A stretch of DNA of 63,803 nt, counting the filler, from Octopus bimaculoides (Eukaryota): assembly GCF_001194135.2 (NCBI RefSeq). It is 9 parts of 9 records of this genome, joined end to end, with 100 filler letters (N's around TTAATTAATTAA, not from the genome) between each part and the next. Parts side by side here need not be neighbours in the genome. Positions count along the whole stretch, not along the records: positions 32,023 to 52,578 come from NC_068995.1; 8 more parts are not named here. One strand, written 5' to 3'. This document shows positions 32,876 through 46,042 of the stretch, in pieces (positions within the stretch are counted from its first letter, which is position 1; each line of letters starts with the position of its first letter). A program made the translations under genes and the position numbers. The notes under the pieces were generated by a model that saw only the letters and a program-made list of their open reading frames with translations, did not search any database and was not told the origin of the DNA.

Positions 32876-33884
32876 GTCCCTTTCCTCCACTGCATCCTTT
32901 AGATCTTGTGACGATGTCAGAAATCTTTCTAGGGTCGATTTAAAAGATCTACGTATATATATTTATGATATTTATTTCATATATCCGAATCGATGGTAAA
33001 AGCAAAGCCAAGTTTGGTGAGATATGAGGTTGCTGTTTCAGAAAGACAAAACTAATTGCTGTAAGGCGTTTATTTCACCGCTCTACTGTTCCTGACAGCT
33101 AGCCTGCCGTCACACACGTCATAAATAATACTTCATCTCCATTAAATTAAGCTAAAGACAGCATCCCGCACCTTCATCTTTAACCGATCAGGCATGTGAA
33201 TGAAATGATAATTAGCCGTCTCTTCCTGTCATTAGAGAAAACTGAATGCTTTTTGAATTCTATTTGAAGTAGAGGGTTAATCTAATTTGGACAACAATTC
33301 TAGACGGAGGGGTTGACCTAAAGCAGGTCATGAACCTTCCTTAACTTTGACCTTAGAGTTGCAGAAATTTCTTGATGAAGCTTCCTGTCATTAATGTACG
33401 ACCCAAAAGAAATGAAATAAAATAAAATAAAATAAAATAATGTCGTAAACTTTATAAATATCTGAATTGGAAAAGGTTGAGAGTACACTAGTAGGTTTCC
33501 TGTGATGTGAAGATGAGAGAAAAAAAAAATCAGAAAAAGATCGAGAGAGTGACGGAGAAATGGCGGACAAACTTGGAGAGCGAGATAAAGAGAGACTAAA
33601 AGAGGTTAAAAGAATAAGGAAAAAACAAAAAAAAAAAGAGGGAGAACAGTAGTTGTGGCTTGGGTACATGCTGTGCGTTGACGAATCACGTGATAATTAT
33701 TTTGGTCTTTCTTCATTTTTGATATTTTTGCAATATTTTAGATGAAGGTTGGAGAAATTGCAAGGCTTTTGGCAGGAATTCAAGAACTTGTTCTAATCTA
33801 TAAAAACAAAAAAAGAATAAGAAAACAACAATGAGCGGAGGCACAGTTGGATTGATTAAGAAGCTCGTGTCGTAATCATATGCT

Positions 33885-34048
33885 TTCACGTTCGGTCTCA
33901 CTGCACAGCACCTTCGGCAAGTGTCTTCCTCTATAACCCTGGGTTCAGTCCCACTGCGTGGTACCTTGCGCAAGTGTCTTCTACTATAACCTCGGGTTGA
34001 CCAAATCATTGTGAGTGGATTTGGTAGACGGAAACTGAAAGAAGACCA

Positions 34049-34050
<2 letters not shown>
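33885..34050 (+). mobile_element. SINE family B with internal tandem duplication, running into (CA)n
   Basis: CCCACTGCG...GCAAGTGTCTTC..CTATAACC segment present twice; ends GGAAACTGAAAGAAGACC. Confidence 0.88.
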
Positions 34051-34084
<34 letters not shown>

Positions 34085-34480
34085 NNNNNNNNNNNNNNNN
34101 NNNNNNNNNNNNNNNNNNNNNNNNNNNNNNNNNNNNNNNNNNNNNNNNNNNNNNNNNNNNNNNNNNNNNNNNNNNNNNNNNNNNNNNNNNNNNNNNNNNN
34201 NNNNNNNNNNNNNNNNNNNNNNNNNNNNNNNNNNNNNNNNNNNNNNNNNNNNNNNNNNNNNNNNNNNNNNNNNNNNNNNNNNNNNNNNNNNNNNNNNNNN
34301 NNNNNNNNNNNNNNNNNNNNNNNNNNNNNNNNNNNNNNNNNNNNNNNNNNNNNNNNNNNNNNNNNNNNNNNNNNNNNNNNNNNNNNNNNNNNNNNNNNNN
34401 NNNNNNNNNNNNNNNNNNNNNNNNNNNNNNNNNNNNNNNNNNNNNNNNNNNNNNNNNNNNNNNNNNNNNNNNNNNNNNNN

Positions 34481-34534
<54 letters not shown>

Positions 34535-34791
34535 GAGGGAAGCGGGGGAGAGAGATCATATTCTAGATTCTCCCTAAATTAAAAATCAACATTTACCATT
34601 CGTTGTTGGCCTGTTGGTTACAGAGAGAGAATTTTAGTGATCGGTGCATCACTTAAAGACACAAGAAACGTACACAAACATAACGTGTGCGTAGTGGGAG
34701 GGGGGCACTTTGCGAGAAACTGCGAAGAACGGGCGATATCCATTAAATGCTTCATCTTGAGAAGAAACAGAGTATCAAAACACAAACATTA

Positions 34792-34839
<48 letters not shown>

Positions 34840-34902
34840 GTCTGTCTGTATGTATGTATACAAAAAGCGCATTTTATACAATGACATAAACGGTGGACTA
34901 GA

Positions 34903-35020
34903 CGCGCTGGGGTGGCTGTGTGGTAAGAAGTTTGCTTGCCAAACACATGATTCCAGGTTCAGTCACACTGCTTGATATTTTGGGTGTCTTTTACTATAGC
35001 CTCGGGTCAACCAAAGCCAT
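34903..35020 (+). mobile_element. SINE family B head
   Basis: GGGGTGGCTGTGTGGTAAGAAGTTTGCTTGCC...GGTTCAGTCACACTG...CTATAGCCTCGGG. Confidence 0.85.
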
Positions 35021-35075
35021 TTAATATTTTTCATATTCTAAAGGTAATTTATGGATACGCTGTATACACCTCCAA

Positions 35076-35137
<62 letters not shown>

Positions 35138-35139
<2 letters not shown>

Positions 35140-35370
35140 GCGGCGAGCTGGCAGAAACGTTAACACGCCGGGCGAAATGCTTAGCGGTATTTCGTCTGCC
35201 ATTACGTTCTGAGTTCAAATTCCGCCGAGATCGACTTTGCCTTTCATCCTTTCGTGCTCAATAAATTACGTACCAGTTACGCACTAGGGTCGATGTAATC
35301 GACTTAATCCCTTTGTCTGTCCTTGTTTGTCCCCTCCATGTTTATCCCCTTGTGGGCAGTAAAGAAATAA
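35138..35370 (+). mobile_element. SINE family A, full length, CpG intact
   Basis: GGCGGCGAGCTGGCAGAAACGTT...GAGTTCAAATTCCGCC...TTTGTCTGTCCTTGTTTGTCCCC...AAAGAAATAA. Confidence 0.92.
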
Positions 35371-35797
35371 GACAGACAGACAGAAAGAAAGAATAAGGAG
35401 AGGCGATAGAACAGGAATGCACACAGTGATACAAATATATGGATAGACACACATGTACACATATACAAAAGCTAACTGGCAGATGCTGACATACACGGTG
35501 ATGAATGTAAAGGGATTGGTAAATTTTCTCTGAAAGGAAAGTTGTGTGTCACGATGTAGAAGGGAATTTGGAGGCTCCAAATTTAGCAATGCGCTCCACT
35601 CCTTCCAAGCAATGTAAGGTTCCTTCTCACAAAACACCCCTTCCATGATATTAAAATAACGATTATACCCCATGGTGAGCGAATGTGAGAAATTACTCTT
35701 GTTCACCTATTTAAGATCACATCAAGGCGATCATCTCCAATCATATACTTTCTTTCTCCACCTTCTCTCTCTCTCTCATACTCACACACATATATGA

Positions 35798-35848
<51 letters not shown>

Positions 35849-36087
35849 NNNNNNNNNNNNNNNNNNNNNNNNNNNNNNNNNNNNNNNNNNNNNNNNNNNN
35901 NNNNNNNNNNNNNNNNNNNNNNNNNNNNNNNNNNNNNNNNACACGCCACTCTAACGCGCCGCAACTCCAGACAAGTAGAATCGCTATCAAACATTTTAAT
36001 TGGGTGTTTTTCGTAAATTAGATAGCTAATGGTTTTGATCCCTTTTAATAACTGAAGAACCATGCTGTCGAATAACACTACTCCCCA

Positions 36088-36128
<41 letters not shown>

Positions 36129-36129
36129 A

Positions 36130-36375
36130 AATCAATCCCTGGACTTATTCTTTGTAAGCCTGCAAGTTATTCAATCGGTTTCTTTTGCCGAACCGCTAAG
36201 TTAAGTGAAGTAAATCCAACAGAGTAAATGCTAAGCTTTAAAAGATAAGTACTGGGATCGATTTGTTTGACTGAACCCCTTCAAGGTGTGTCCCAGCATG
36301 GCCGAAGTCCAATGACTGAATCCAGAACCATTTGGCTGGAAATCAAGCTTCTTACCACATAGCCACCTCTCTGCC
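36130..36375. mobile_element. Three SINE family B pieces in alternating orientation
   Basis: Tail (-) 36130-36203, tail end (+) 36245-36320, head (-) 36322-36375. Confidence 0.7.
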
Positions 36376-37052
36376 TATACGCATACAGAAAAAGACACAT
36401 GCATCGCTTTCTACGTACATTTCTGTAGATGTACACACACGCACATACAAGCATCTCTCTTTACACACACAAGCGTGCACACATAGTGCATGTGTGTACG
36501 CGCTTGTGTGCATGCGTGTGTGACTGAGTGAATATGTGTGTGTGTGTGGAGGCTGTATAGTCTGTTTGCTTTAGCAGACATGTGTGTAGGTAGGAGATAG
36601 GTGTATTTAAGAAGCTATCAGATTATGGCAGTAAGCTAATTGCCATGTTTTACGAGGTAACATTAGCAAGAAAGCTGCATGTTTCTGTCTACCTGTGTCA
36701 AATAATAATAAAAAAAAAAATTTTTAAAAAAAAAAAAAAAAAATAATAATAATAATAATAATAGACAAAACAGACAAATGGAAAAGTGGGGAAAAAGCAG
36801 GAACACTCATTCTTGCCGCCACCGTCTCCATCTTCCCCTGGAACACTTTTTTCGGTTGGGTGTGGTGCAAGCGACACCCGTCGCTCCCCGCCGATAGATT
36901 TTAGTGGCAGAAATTTGATAACTGCCATCTTGCCGGAAATTCATGCTTCATATTGCAAGCAGTATCACAGATCCACCTCCTCCTCCTGCTACCACTAATA
37001 CTACAACTACTGCTACTAGTCATCATCATCATCATCAACATAGTCGTCGTCG

Positions 37053-37087
<35 letters not shown>

Positions 37088-37734
37088 TTCATCTTCATCA
37101 TCAACATCATAGTCGTCGTCATCATCGTCATCATATTGTTTCTGAATTCTTGTTTTCTTTCCCAATGTTTCATACACTCCGAGCTGAAATGCAACAAGAA
37201 TGGTTTCTTGAGATTTGAGACTTCTGGGAGAGAAGTCGACCACGAAGACAGTGCCTTGGGCATGTTTGCAAGAACAATTTGCATTCCATTCAGAATGTTT
37301 CCTCTTTGGAAACACCGTTCCTATCGCCAAATCAACACCTCCATTTTTGCCGTCGCTTCTACCGTCATCCTTTCCGTCGTCGCTTCAAGCTATCATCGTC
37401 GTCATAATCTTGCCAACGTCTTCGACGTTATTCTCGCCATTATCTCCTTTTAATTATCATGAATCATTAATAATAGAAATGCTAAAAATACAATGAAGTC
37501 ATAAAAAATGTACAGAAAATCAAAACGGTATGGCTATGTCTATCGCGACAGTGTTACGGAAGTGAAAGACTACATTGTTTAATGAAGTTCTTTCTATCTT
37601 TTTTTATGAGGAAGACGGTGTGTGATATGAGGGAGATTTAGCTTCTACTTTTTGCAGGTCGAGCAATGATTTAGTAGCTCCTGTGTTAGTTCGGAATTAT
37701 TTATCTTCAAGATGTCTGAATGACATCTGAATGT

Positions 37735-37858
37735 TTATTTCAAGATCTTTGTACTTGCTCAGTTTTTGGTAGGTCTTAACAGATACATCTATATCGATTG
37801 GGACAGTTATATCAACGAGGAGGCATGTTTTTTGTCTGAAGTCTTTCAATATAATGTC
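37735..37858 (-). mobile_element. Restriction-like endonuclease (RLE) fragment of an R4/Dong-like or NeSL-like LINE
   Basis: KDIILKDFRQKTCLLVDITVPIDIDVSVKTYQKLSKYKDLEI matches the PD-x-D-x-K-x2-KY pattern of RLE domains. Confidence 0.75.

Positions 37859-37860
<2 letters not shown>

Positions 37861-37928
<68 letters not shown>
37861..37928. repeat. (TAA)n microsatellite
   Basis: Pure run up to the gap. Confidence 0.95.
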
Positions 37929-39686
37929 NNNNNNNNNNNNNNNNNNNNNNNNNNNNNNNNNNNNNNNNNNNNNNNNNNNNNNNNNNNNNNNNNNNNNNNN
38001 NNNNNNNNNNNNNNNNNNNNNNNNNNNNNNNNNNNNNNNNNNNNNNNNNNNNNNNNNNNNNNNNNNNNNNNNNNNNNNNNNNNNNNNNNNNNNNNNNNNN
38101 NNNNNNNNNNNNNNNNNNNNNNNNNNNNNNNNNNNNNNNNNNNNNNNNNNNNNNNNNNNNNNNNNNNNNNNNNNNNNNNNNNNNNNNNNNNNNNNNNNNN
38201 NNNNNNNNNNNNNNNNNNNNNNNNNNNNNNNNNNNNNNNNNNNNNNNNNNNNNNNNNNNNATATACAGATATATATTCACACACACGCATACACACATGT
38301 ACGTATGTTTTCTCTTGGAGTTTTATTTAAATTTTTCATGAGAGATTTCAAGCCGGTTGCTAACAAAGCGACAGGACTTCTTGGGTTAAGGGGGTTCCCG
38401 CTGTTTATAAATATGTGGTTGAGCTGGTGTGTTGGTTAAACTGTCGGTGCATGCACCCAAGTGTGTACATCTATCCACTAGAATCTCAGTTGGAGAATTC
38501 TTGTAACGTCTTGCAAATCTTCACTGTGCCACTAATAGATTGGATTTAGAGATTCCGCATCAGTTTCTTTTGCTTTTTTCCCTGTAAAACCGAGAATTTC
38601 TAGGCTTTTGTGTAAATATGTTGGTTCATAGCCTAATGCACATTTGATGATAAGCACAAATAAGAATTCATAGTCAGAATGCAAGAGCTGTAAGTTCCGC
38701 ATTAATTCACCATAAATGTGCTCTTTCTCCTAGACTTCGTGTGCATGCAAGCATGTATGTATGTATGCATGTACGTATGTATGTATGTATGTATGTATGT
38801 ATGTATGCACATATGTAATATTCATTATCGTTATTTTATCGTCTCCCATGGAATAAAATATCTCTTAAATTTAGCCTAATCGTTGCAGGCAAACGCTCAC
38901 GATATCTAACACACACTTTCTCGCTTTCATTCTATAATGATAGATAAATATGGAGGCAGTTTCGTTTCTGTTTCCATGTCAAGTCTATTTTATGTATTAT
39001 TGCACTGAAGTCACAGCATATAGAATTAATAGTGTTACGCGTTAGGAAATAACTTTAAATTTATAAGGTAGCGGATACTGTTACCTGTCTAACATGAAAA
39101 TATTAGCCATTTCCTGGGTTTATACATTGAATTTCATACATAAAATTATCATTGATATAATGAATTGGTGATCGTTTACTTTTTATGTTTAATAATTGAT
39201 GTTTATAGTCCTGCCTTGGTAAGAGCTGTGTCGACCACCATACTTGCTTTATGGGCAATTTCTTCGTATTTATCTGTGCGTGTGCGTGTGTTTGTGTTTG
39301 TGTTCGTGTATATGATGTATACAATTCAATTGCACCACCGTTTTCGCCGGTGACTGATAACCCATTATCTCGTTTAATCCGGACAGCATCATAAGCGGTG
39401 ATTTGAATTTCCAGCATCCCGCCACACCTAAGTTCATTTATCCTTCTGGTGTTTACAAAATGAAATACCAGTCAAATGCTGAGCTCGGTGATATCAACCA
39501 ATGCCCTCTCCTCAAAATCGCTGACCTTTGACCGAAATCAGAAGCAATTAATGTTTTTCTACCAAGTTATTTGTTTCTTACGAAAGTCTATATGCAATGT
39601 ATTGTTATACCCAGACGATGGACCCACCCGCTGAGCCACTCAATAGTCTATCCATCCACCTCATTATTCTACTTCTTTTCTTTCTT

Positions 39687-39723
<37 letters not shown>

Positions 39724-39911
39724 TTCTTTCTCTCTCTCTCTCTCTCTCTATTTCTTCCTCTCTCTCTCTCTCTCTATTTCTTTCTCTCTGACCCTCTCTA
39801 AAGGCACTACCGTCGACGTTTTAACCTAGTTTTAAAATTTCTTTTTCTCTTAACAAAGAAATCAGCTTTACAGTCCACCAACAGCATCTCATCACCACCA
39901 TTACTCTCCCG

Positions 39912-39967
<56 letters not shown>

Positions 39968-40587
39968 GTTGTTGTTGTTGTTCGTTTTGTTGTTTCTGCA
40001 GCAGTCAGCAACATCAACAACCCGTGTAACACCTCAAAACATGGCTACGAACAGCATTGTCATCGCTAGTATTGCTAACACAACACCTGTAATAATCTCA
40101 GTCGCATCGCCTCAACAATCCTTACCGTCGCTTCCACTACCACCACCACCACTATCACCACCACCATCACCACCACCGTCACTATTATCACCATAGAGAT
40201 ACCAGCAATACTAACATCACAAACCCATTCCCACGATAAGCTATCACTGCATCAAATCCTCGTCAGCCTGGTCACGAGTCGTTTTTATGTCTCAGGAAAA
40301 CAACGTCTGCTACCGCCAATATAGCTATAACTATTAAGGAACGAAGGGACTTCCATGTTAAGTGGGCCTCACAATAATAAATACACCCCTTCCACCACCA
40401 AAAATATCACTGATGTTTTTGTACCCTCTCCTACCCTTTTTATTTATGAGATGGGTAAATAGATTCTGCCTTTATATACGATTTTTTTTAATGGTGGTCT
40501 TTTCCCTTTTTAAGACCAATACCGAGGACGCCTTTGGGGCTATGATACAACGCCTCCCCTCACTATTTCGTCTTTTATCTTTAATCG

Positions 40588-40905
40588 TTTACTTGTTTCC
40601 GTCATAGGATCGCGCCTATGCCGGGGCACTAACTTGAAGGGCATAGTCGAACAAATCAATCACAGCACTTATTTTTGAATCTAGTACTTGTTTCAATGGG
40701 TATTTTAGTTAAGGAGACGTAACTAAACCAGCACCTGTTGTCAAGCGATGGGGTCGGACATACGCGCACACACAAAGATACACAACCACATTCGACGACT
40801 TTCACAGTTTTCCGGCTACCACCTTAGTCAGAAGACATTGATTTGACAGGGTACCTTAGAAGACAGCTGCCCAAGGTGATACGCAGTGGACCTGAACCCG
40901 GGATA
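40588..40905 (-). mobile_element. SINE family B, diverged, near full length
   Basis: TTTACTTGTTTCCGTCAT (tail end) through GCCCAAGGTGATACGCAGTGGACCTGAACCCGG (head side). Confidence 0.75.
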
Positions 40906-41325
40906 CTTTTTTCAGTCACCGAGGAGAAGGAAACCGCCTTTCCTTTTTTCTCCCCCCCCCCCCCCCCACCTTTTGTCGGCGGTGGTGGTGGTGGGGGGGG
41001 TCAGCACGTTGGAGGACCACATTATTAAAAGTGTCCTTTTGTAAGACTTTTGGGAGTGTTTTGAGGGAGATTTGGTTAGTATTTCTAACAAGCAGAGGAA
41101 CATGCGTAAAGGATCTGTCACTAACTCGACGTGAAAGTTGGGAGAGGGTCGAGTAAAAGGGACAGACAGACAGACAGACAGACAGATAGATAGATAGATA
41201 GATGGACAGACAGACAGATAGATAGATAGATATATACAAGCTTGCATACATACAAACATACATACGTACATACGTGCATACATACATATACACATGCATT
41301 CATGCATACATACTTGCACACATGC

Positions 41326-41382
<57 letters not shown>

Positions 41383-42002
41383 TATGTATATGTATATATA
41401 TACTCATACATACATAAATGATGAGGGAAGAGTGTGTAAGGTGGGTCAGATAGACAATCCTCTAATGAGTATTTAATATTGCTGAGTAAAAATGTCGGAG
41501 GGAAAGTACTCGGAAGTAACTCGAAGTTGACAATAGATGAAAGAACATAATAGGGGACCATCTGTTAAAAAAACCCCTTAATTCTTAGCCCCCCCCCCGC
41601 CCTTCCTCTCTCTCTCTCTCTCTCTCGAGACTAACTCACTTGAAGGAGCGTTTTGATGGTCAAGGGATGAAGGGGACACGCGTGTGAGTGAGGCAATGAG
41701 AAGGTACTGAAGAGGGAGCTATATAATTGGTGTGAAGGAGGTGGTGGTAATGATGAAGGTGGAGGCTGCTGTTGTCGAACTGTTTATGGTATTGGTGGTT
41801 GTGTGAAAGAGAGTGTTAGTGTTGTAGTAACAGTGGTGGTGTGTGGAGGTAATGGGGCTGATAATGGAAGGATGTGAGGGGATGATGGAAGGGTTAAGGA
41901 AAATTTATTGTTGTTGCAGCGCTTTTCGGGCGTAGATCAACCCTGTTATCAAAGCTGTTACAGCAATTACATGACCATTTCTTTTTTTTTTATTATTATT
42001 TC

Positions 42003-42150
42003 TCCATGGTTGTCTGTGTGGTCCAGAATCTCGTTTAGCAACCACATGGTTTCGGGTTCAGTCCCACGGTGCAGCACCTTGGGCAAGTGTCTTCTAATAT
42101 AGAGATGGCCTGACCAATGTCTTAGGAGACAATTTGGTGGACAGAAATTG
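42003..42150 (+). mobile_element. SINE family B 5' half
   Basis: AACCACATGGTTTCGGGTTCAGTCCCACGGTGCAGCACCTTGGGCAAGTGTCTTCTA. Confidence 0.85.
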
Positions 42151-43395
42151 TGATAATAATAATAATAATAATAATAATAAATTAGTAAATAAATAAATAA
42201 GAATAATTCTGTTTAAAGAAAGACAAATACCCGAAGAGTCGGGTTTTTTTTTTTTTTTTTTTTGCTTTGCTTTTCTAACTTACTGTTCATGGCTGGTTAA
42301 CTCAATAAAATATATTTTATCTACGAATTTTTCTGCACCAAAATTTAACGTCACAACTTCCAATATTTTCTTGGATTTCTACATTTTACTTTTTAATATA
42401 TATATATATTTTAATCTCTTTTATGTAAATAGAAAAAACAAAACAAAACATAACAACAACGATTTATTCGTAATTCACATAGAATCAGTAGACTGTATCG
42501 GCTTTGATCTAGTTGTTTCGAATATTGGCCTTGTATTTCTATCATCAACACAAAACAGATCGATATTTCAGCTATTGTCGCTGTTGCTGTTGGGAGCTGT
42601 GGTCATCGTGGTGGTCGTTTTTAATGGCATTGTTGCTCAAATAATAGAGACTGGTGTTGTTACAGTTGTTCATGTTGTTGTTGATGGTGGTGGTGGTGGT
42701 AGTGGTGGTGCTACGGCTGTTATTATTACCACTGCTGCTGCTGCTGCTGCTACTGCTGCTCACACTACCGCCCCCGCTTTTGTTGTCACTTATCTTACTC
42801 AAACAGTTATTACAGATTTTCATGTTTACCACGCATTTATAGCTTATCATTGGCGTTGATAATGATGCTCTTAAGGTGTGTCTGTACAGAGTACACATAC
42901 AGTAAATTTGATATCACACACACACAGACACACACACAACACACACTCATACAGACAACATACATATGCATAATGATACACAGACAACAAACACACATGT
43001 ATGGATACATATATTAGCATACATATATGGGTGTGTTCGTGTGTGTATGTGCGTATGTATGTGTGTATATATGTGTGTATGTACGTATGCATGGAGGCGC
43101 ACACAGAACACCCAAACACGCGTGCACATATCTTACATACATACGTACATACACAGTCGTTGGGTCTCCGTCGGTTGGCAACGAGCGTTCAGTTCGATTA
43201 ATTGAACTGAATTACAGTGTAACTGGCTGCATATTTCACAGACATGTGTGTATATATACCCTTATCTTTCTTTGTCTGGTGTGTTTCTTAACCGCAATCC
43301 TCGGGTACTTTAAGCATGACACGGGTACAATCCTTGTAATCAAAAAGAGTGAGTACTCTAGACAGTTTCATATGTTAGCTATACATACATATACG

Positions 43396-43509
<114 letters not shown>

Positions 43510-45125
43510 TAACCAGCGTTTTTAATGTATTTTCGGAGTTATAACGCCATCAATGGCGAAGTATGTTAATTTTGTAAGACGTTGAAAGATGCATATGCGT
43601 ACAGGCATCTGTCTTGAATACTTCAAATACGCGTTGCAGACACACACACACACACGCACACGTTTGTGTGTGTGCGTGTGTATGTTTGTGTGTGTGTGTA
43701 GACGGATAGATAGATAGATAAATATAAATAGATAGATAGATAGCCAGCTATAACTCCAACTCTTTCAAACAGTGCAGAGCGGGTTTTAGCTTTTGTATAA
43801 AGCATGTCCTCGTCAGTGTGAGGTCTTGCCGTCTCAGATATATGCAGAGGATGGTCTTGTAGGAAACGCCTTTTAATCATATGTCTGCTTGATAAAGGTT
43901 GGGACTAAACGATTACGAAAACAACAACAACAACGACAACAACAACAATGACTGCAATTGCATCAGTTTAAACGTGTGTTTAGTGTGACTGCTGTCCATG
44001 TCATCACCGAATCAAAGCCTATGTTTGGTAACCAGCACAGGGCAGCTTTTGAGTTTAGAAATAAATCTGCCGACTCGACTGCTGCTGCTACCACCGCCTC
44101 TGCTGCTGCTGTTGCTGCTGCTGTTGCTGCTGCTGCAGTTGGTGTAGCTGTGAGACAGAAAAGTATGATGGGCGTTGTTGTTAATGTTGTTCTTCTTGTT
44201 GTTTAGCCCTCAAGTCTGTACTAATCGAGGAAGCTCATTATCAAAGACATTCCAGCTTTGATCATGTGTTCCTGTCGTATTAAAAACGCAGCTACACCCT
44301 GGAGACTGTAGTCCTTAGAAACCCCACCCAAAACATACTTCGCTTTCAAAATATAATGAGGGACATATTAGATAATCTTTTTGTAGGGACAAGTTGGAAT
44401 CCCTATGGCTGGGATTATCGAGTTGCAAGTCTATTTGATCGATATTAATTGTGGGGCTCCATAAAACAACAACAACGAAGATGGTGACGATGACAACAAG
44501 CCTTCTGGGTATTAATTTCAGAGACTCATCCTTCTCTGAGCCGGACTCAAATTTCATTTCTACTCTTTTGAGTAAATATAAAGAAAAAAAGGTAAATAAA
44601 TCAAATAAAGCTTTCGGCAAACTGGAGCCATGGAGAGTGTAATAGGATAATCTGTTTGGAGTTTGAATCGGTCATCAGGTCAATAGGTCATAAGGTCATG
44701 ACATACAGCTTTCAAGTCAATTTACTGAAGATGCTGAAGTCATTTATCATGTTGTCAACATGTTGCAACAAAGACCCAGGCTATTCTGTCTCTAGACAAT
44801 AATGTCTGCGGATATGTGATTCTAAATAGCTTAACTGTGTAACTTAATAAATTCAAATATGAACTTATCCTGGGCCCATGAAAAGAGGAGATGAAGTAGC
44901 TTTCCAATGCCGGCTAAATTTTGTTTCCTTTTTACGAGTAAAAGAAAAAATTCATTCCATTTAAATTTTTTGTACCTTTTGTAAACGCCATTCGTATTTG
45001 CTTTATCTCAATCTATGTCGTCTGCTTGTTTGAGTTGTTTCCCTTCCCCAAATATTTATTTATTATGCAAATTACCGACCACCAAAACTTATTCCTAACA
45101 TGTTTTCTGTATCTGAAAGCAACCC

Positions 45126-45264
45126 GTGATGACGCGTAGCCTGGTGATTAAGATGTCGCATTCACGACTGCTCGGTCTTGAGTTCCATTCCCGGGTCGAG
45201 CGGTGAGTTGTTTTCAACAAAACACTTCACATTGCTCCAGTCCACTCAACTGTGAACGGGAACC
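45126..45264 (+). mobile_element. CORE-SINE family C head
   Basis: GCGTAGCCTGGTGATTAAG...GAGTTCCATTCCCGG...CACTTCACATTGCTCCAGTCCACTCAACTGT. Confidence 0.7.
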
Positions 45265-45299
45265 CTACAACGAATAAGCTTTCCGATCACGGGGATGTG

Positions 45300-45503
45300 C
45301 GAGGAGGTGCTGAAAAGTTCCTGGCTTTAAGGATATCGCGAAAGGCCTAGTTTGAAGCCCAACCTTCCGGTTTAGAAAAACTGAAGGACCGCCTGCAATA
45401 AGTGTGTGAATCTGAGAGAGGAACATGTTGAATAAAATCATAACTAACTGATTCTCCTGTATTTTCCTTTACCCCAAAATCAGGGACATTTCAGTACCCT
45501 CTC
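45300..45503 (+). mobile_element. Mariner-derived MITE (internal deletion)
   Basis: Left TIR CGAGGAGGTGCTGAAAAGTTCCTGG, degenerate right TIR, remnant KCVNLREEHVE* of a mariner C-terminus. Confidence 0.8.
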
Positions 45504-45992
45504 TTTTAACAACAGCCGATAGTCTCATCGATCACGTGATAACAAAAAACAGCCTATTTCGTGGATGAAGCCGGTTCTAGTTGTTTCGCCAACGAGGTCC
45601 AATAAAGCTAAAAATACCTGTTGCTAAAAAAAAAAAATCAGATTTTCCTTTAAATATGCGAATTAACTTACTTATAAATTATTTCGTTGTTCATTGAAAT
45701 TATCTCCATTTTTCTTTATGAGTTACTAACAATTACTGCAAGATTTTTGTTGTCTTCTTCCAACAAAGAGGAAATCTTTTTTTATTCATTACAAACTTTG
45801 GCGTTATTCAGTGCATCCATACATACTTGATGCAGCTCTCAGGTACCCATTTGCTAAGTGCATGGGCAGCAATGGCGTTTATCAAACAGCGGCAAGCTAC
45901 AATGTTGCGTAATGGGTAACGGGTTTGTTAAATATTAAATACTGTGCTTGATATTAAATACTTCAATAAATCTAGCTGTAACTGGACAAAAG

Positions 45993-46042
<50 letters not shown>

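Noticed and set aside
35515-35620. Possible plus-strand exon (KVVCHDVEGNLEAPNLAMRSTPSKQ) ending at T|GTAAGG
   Set aside because: Plausible splice signals but no recognisable homology; several frames are open, so no call.
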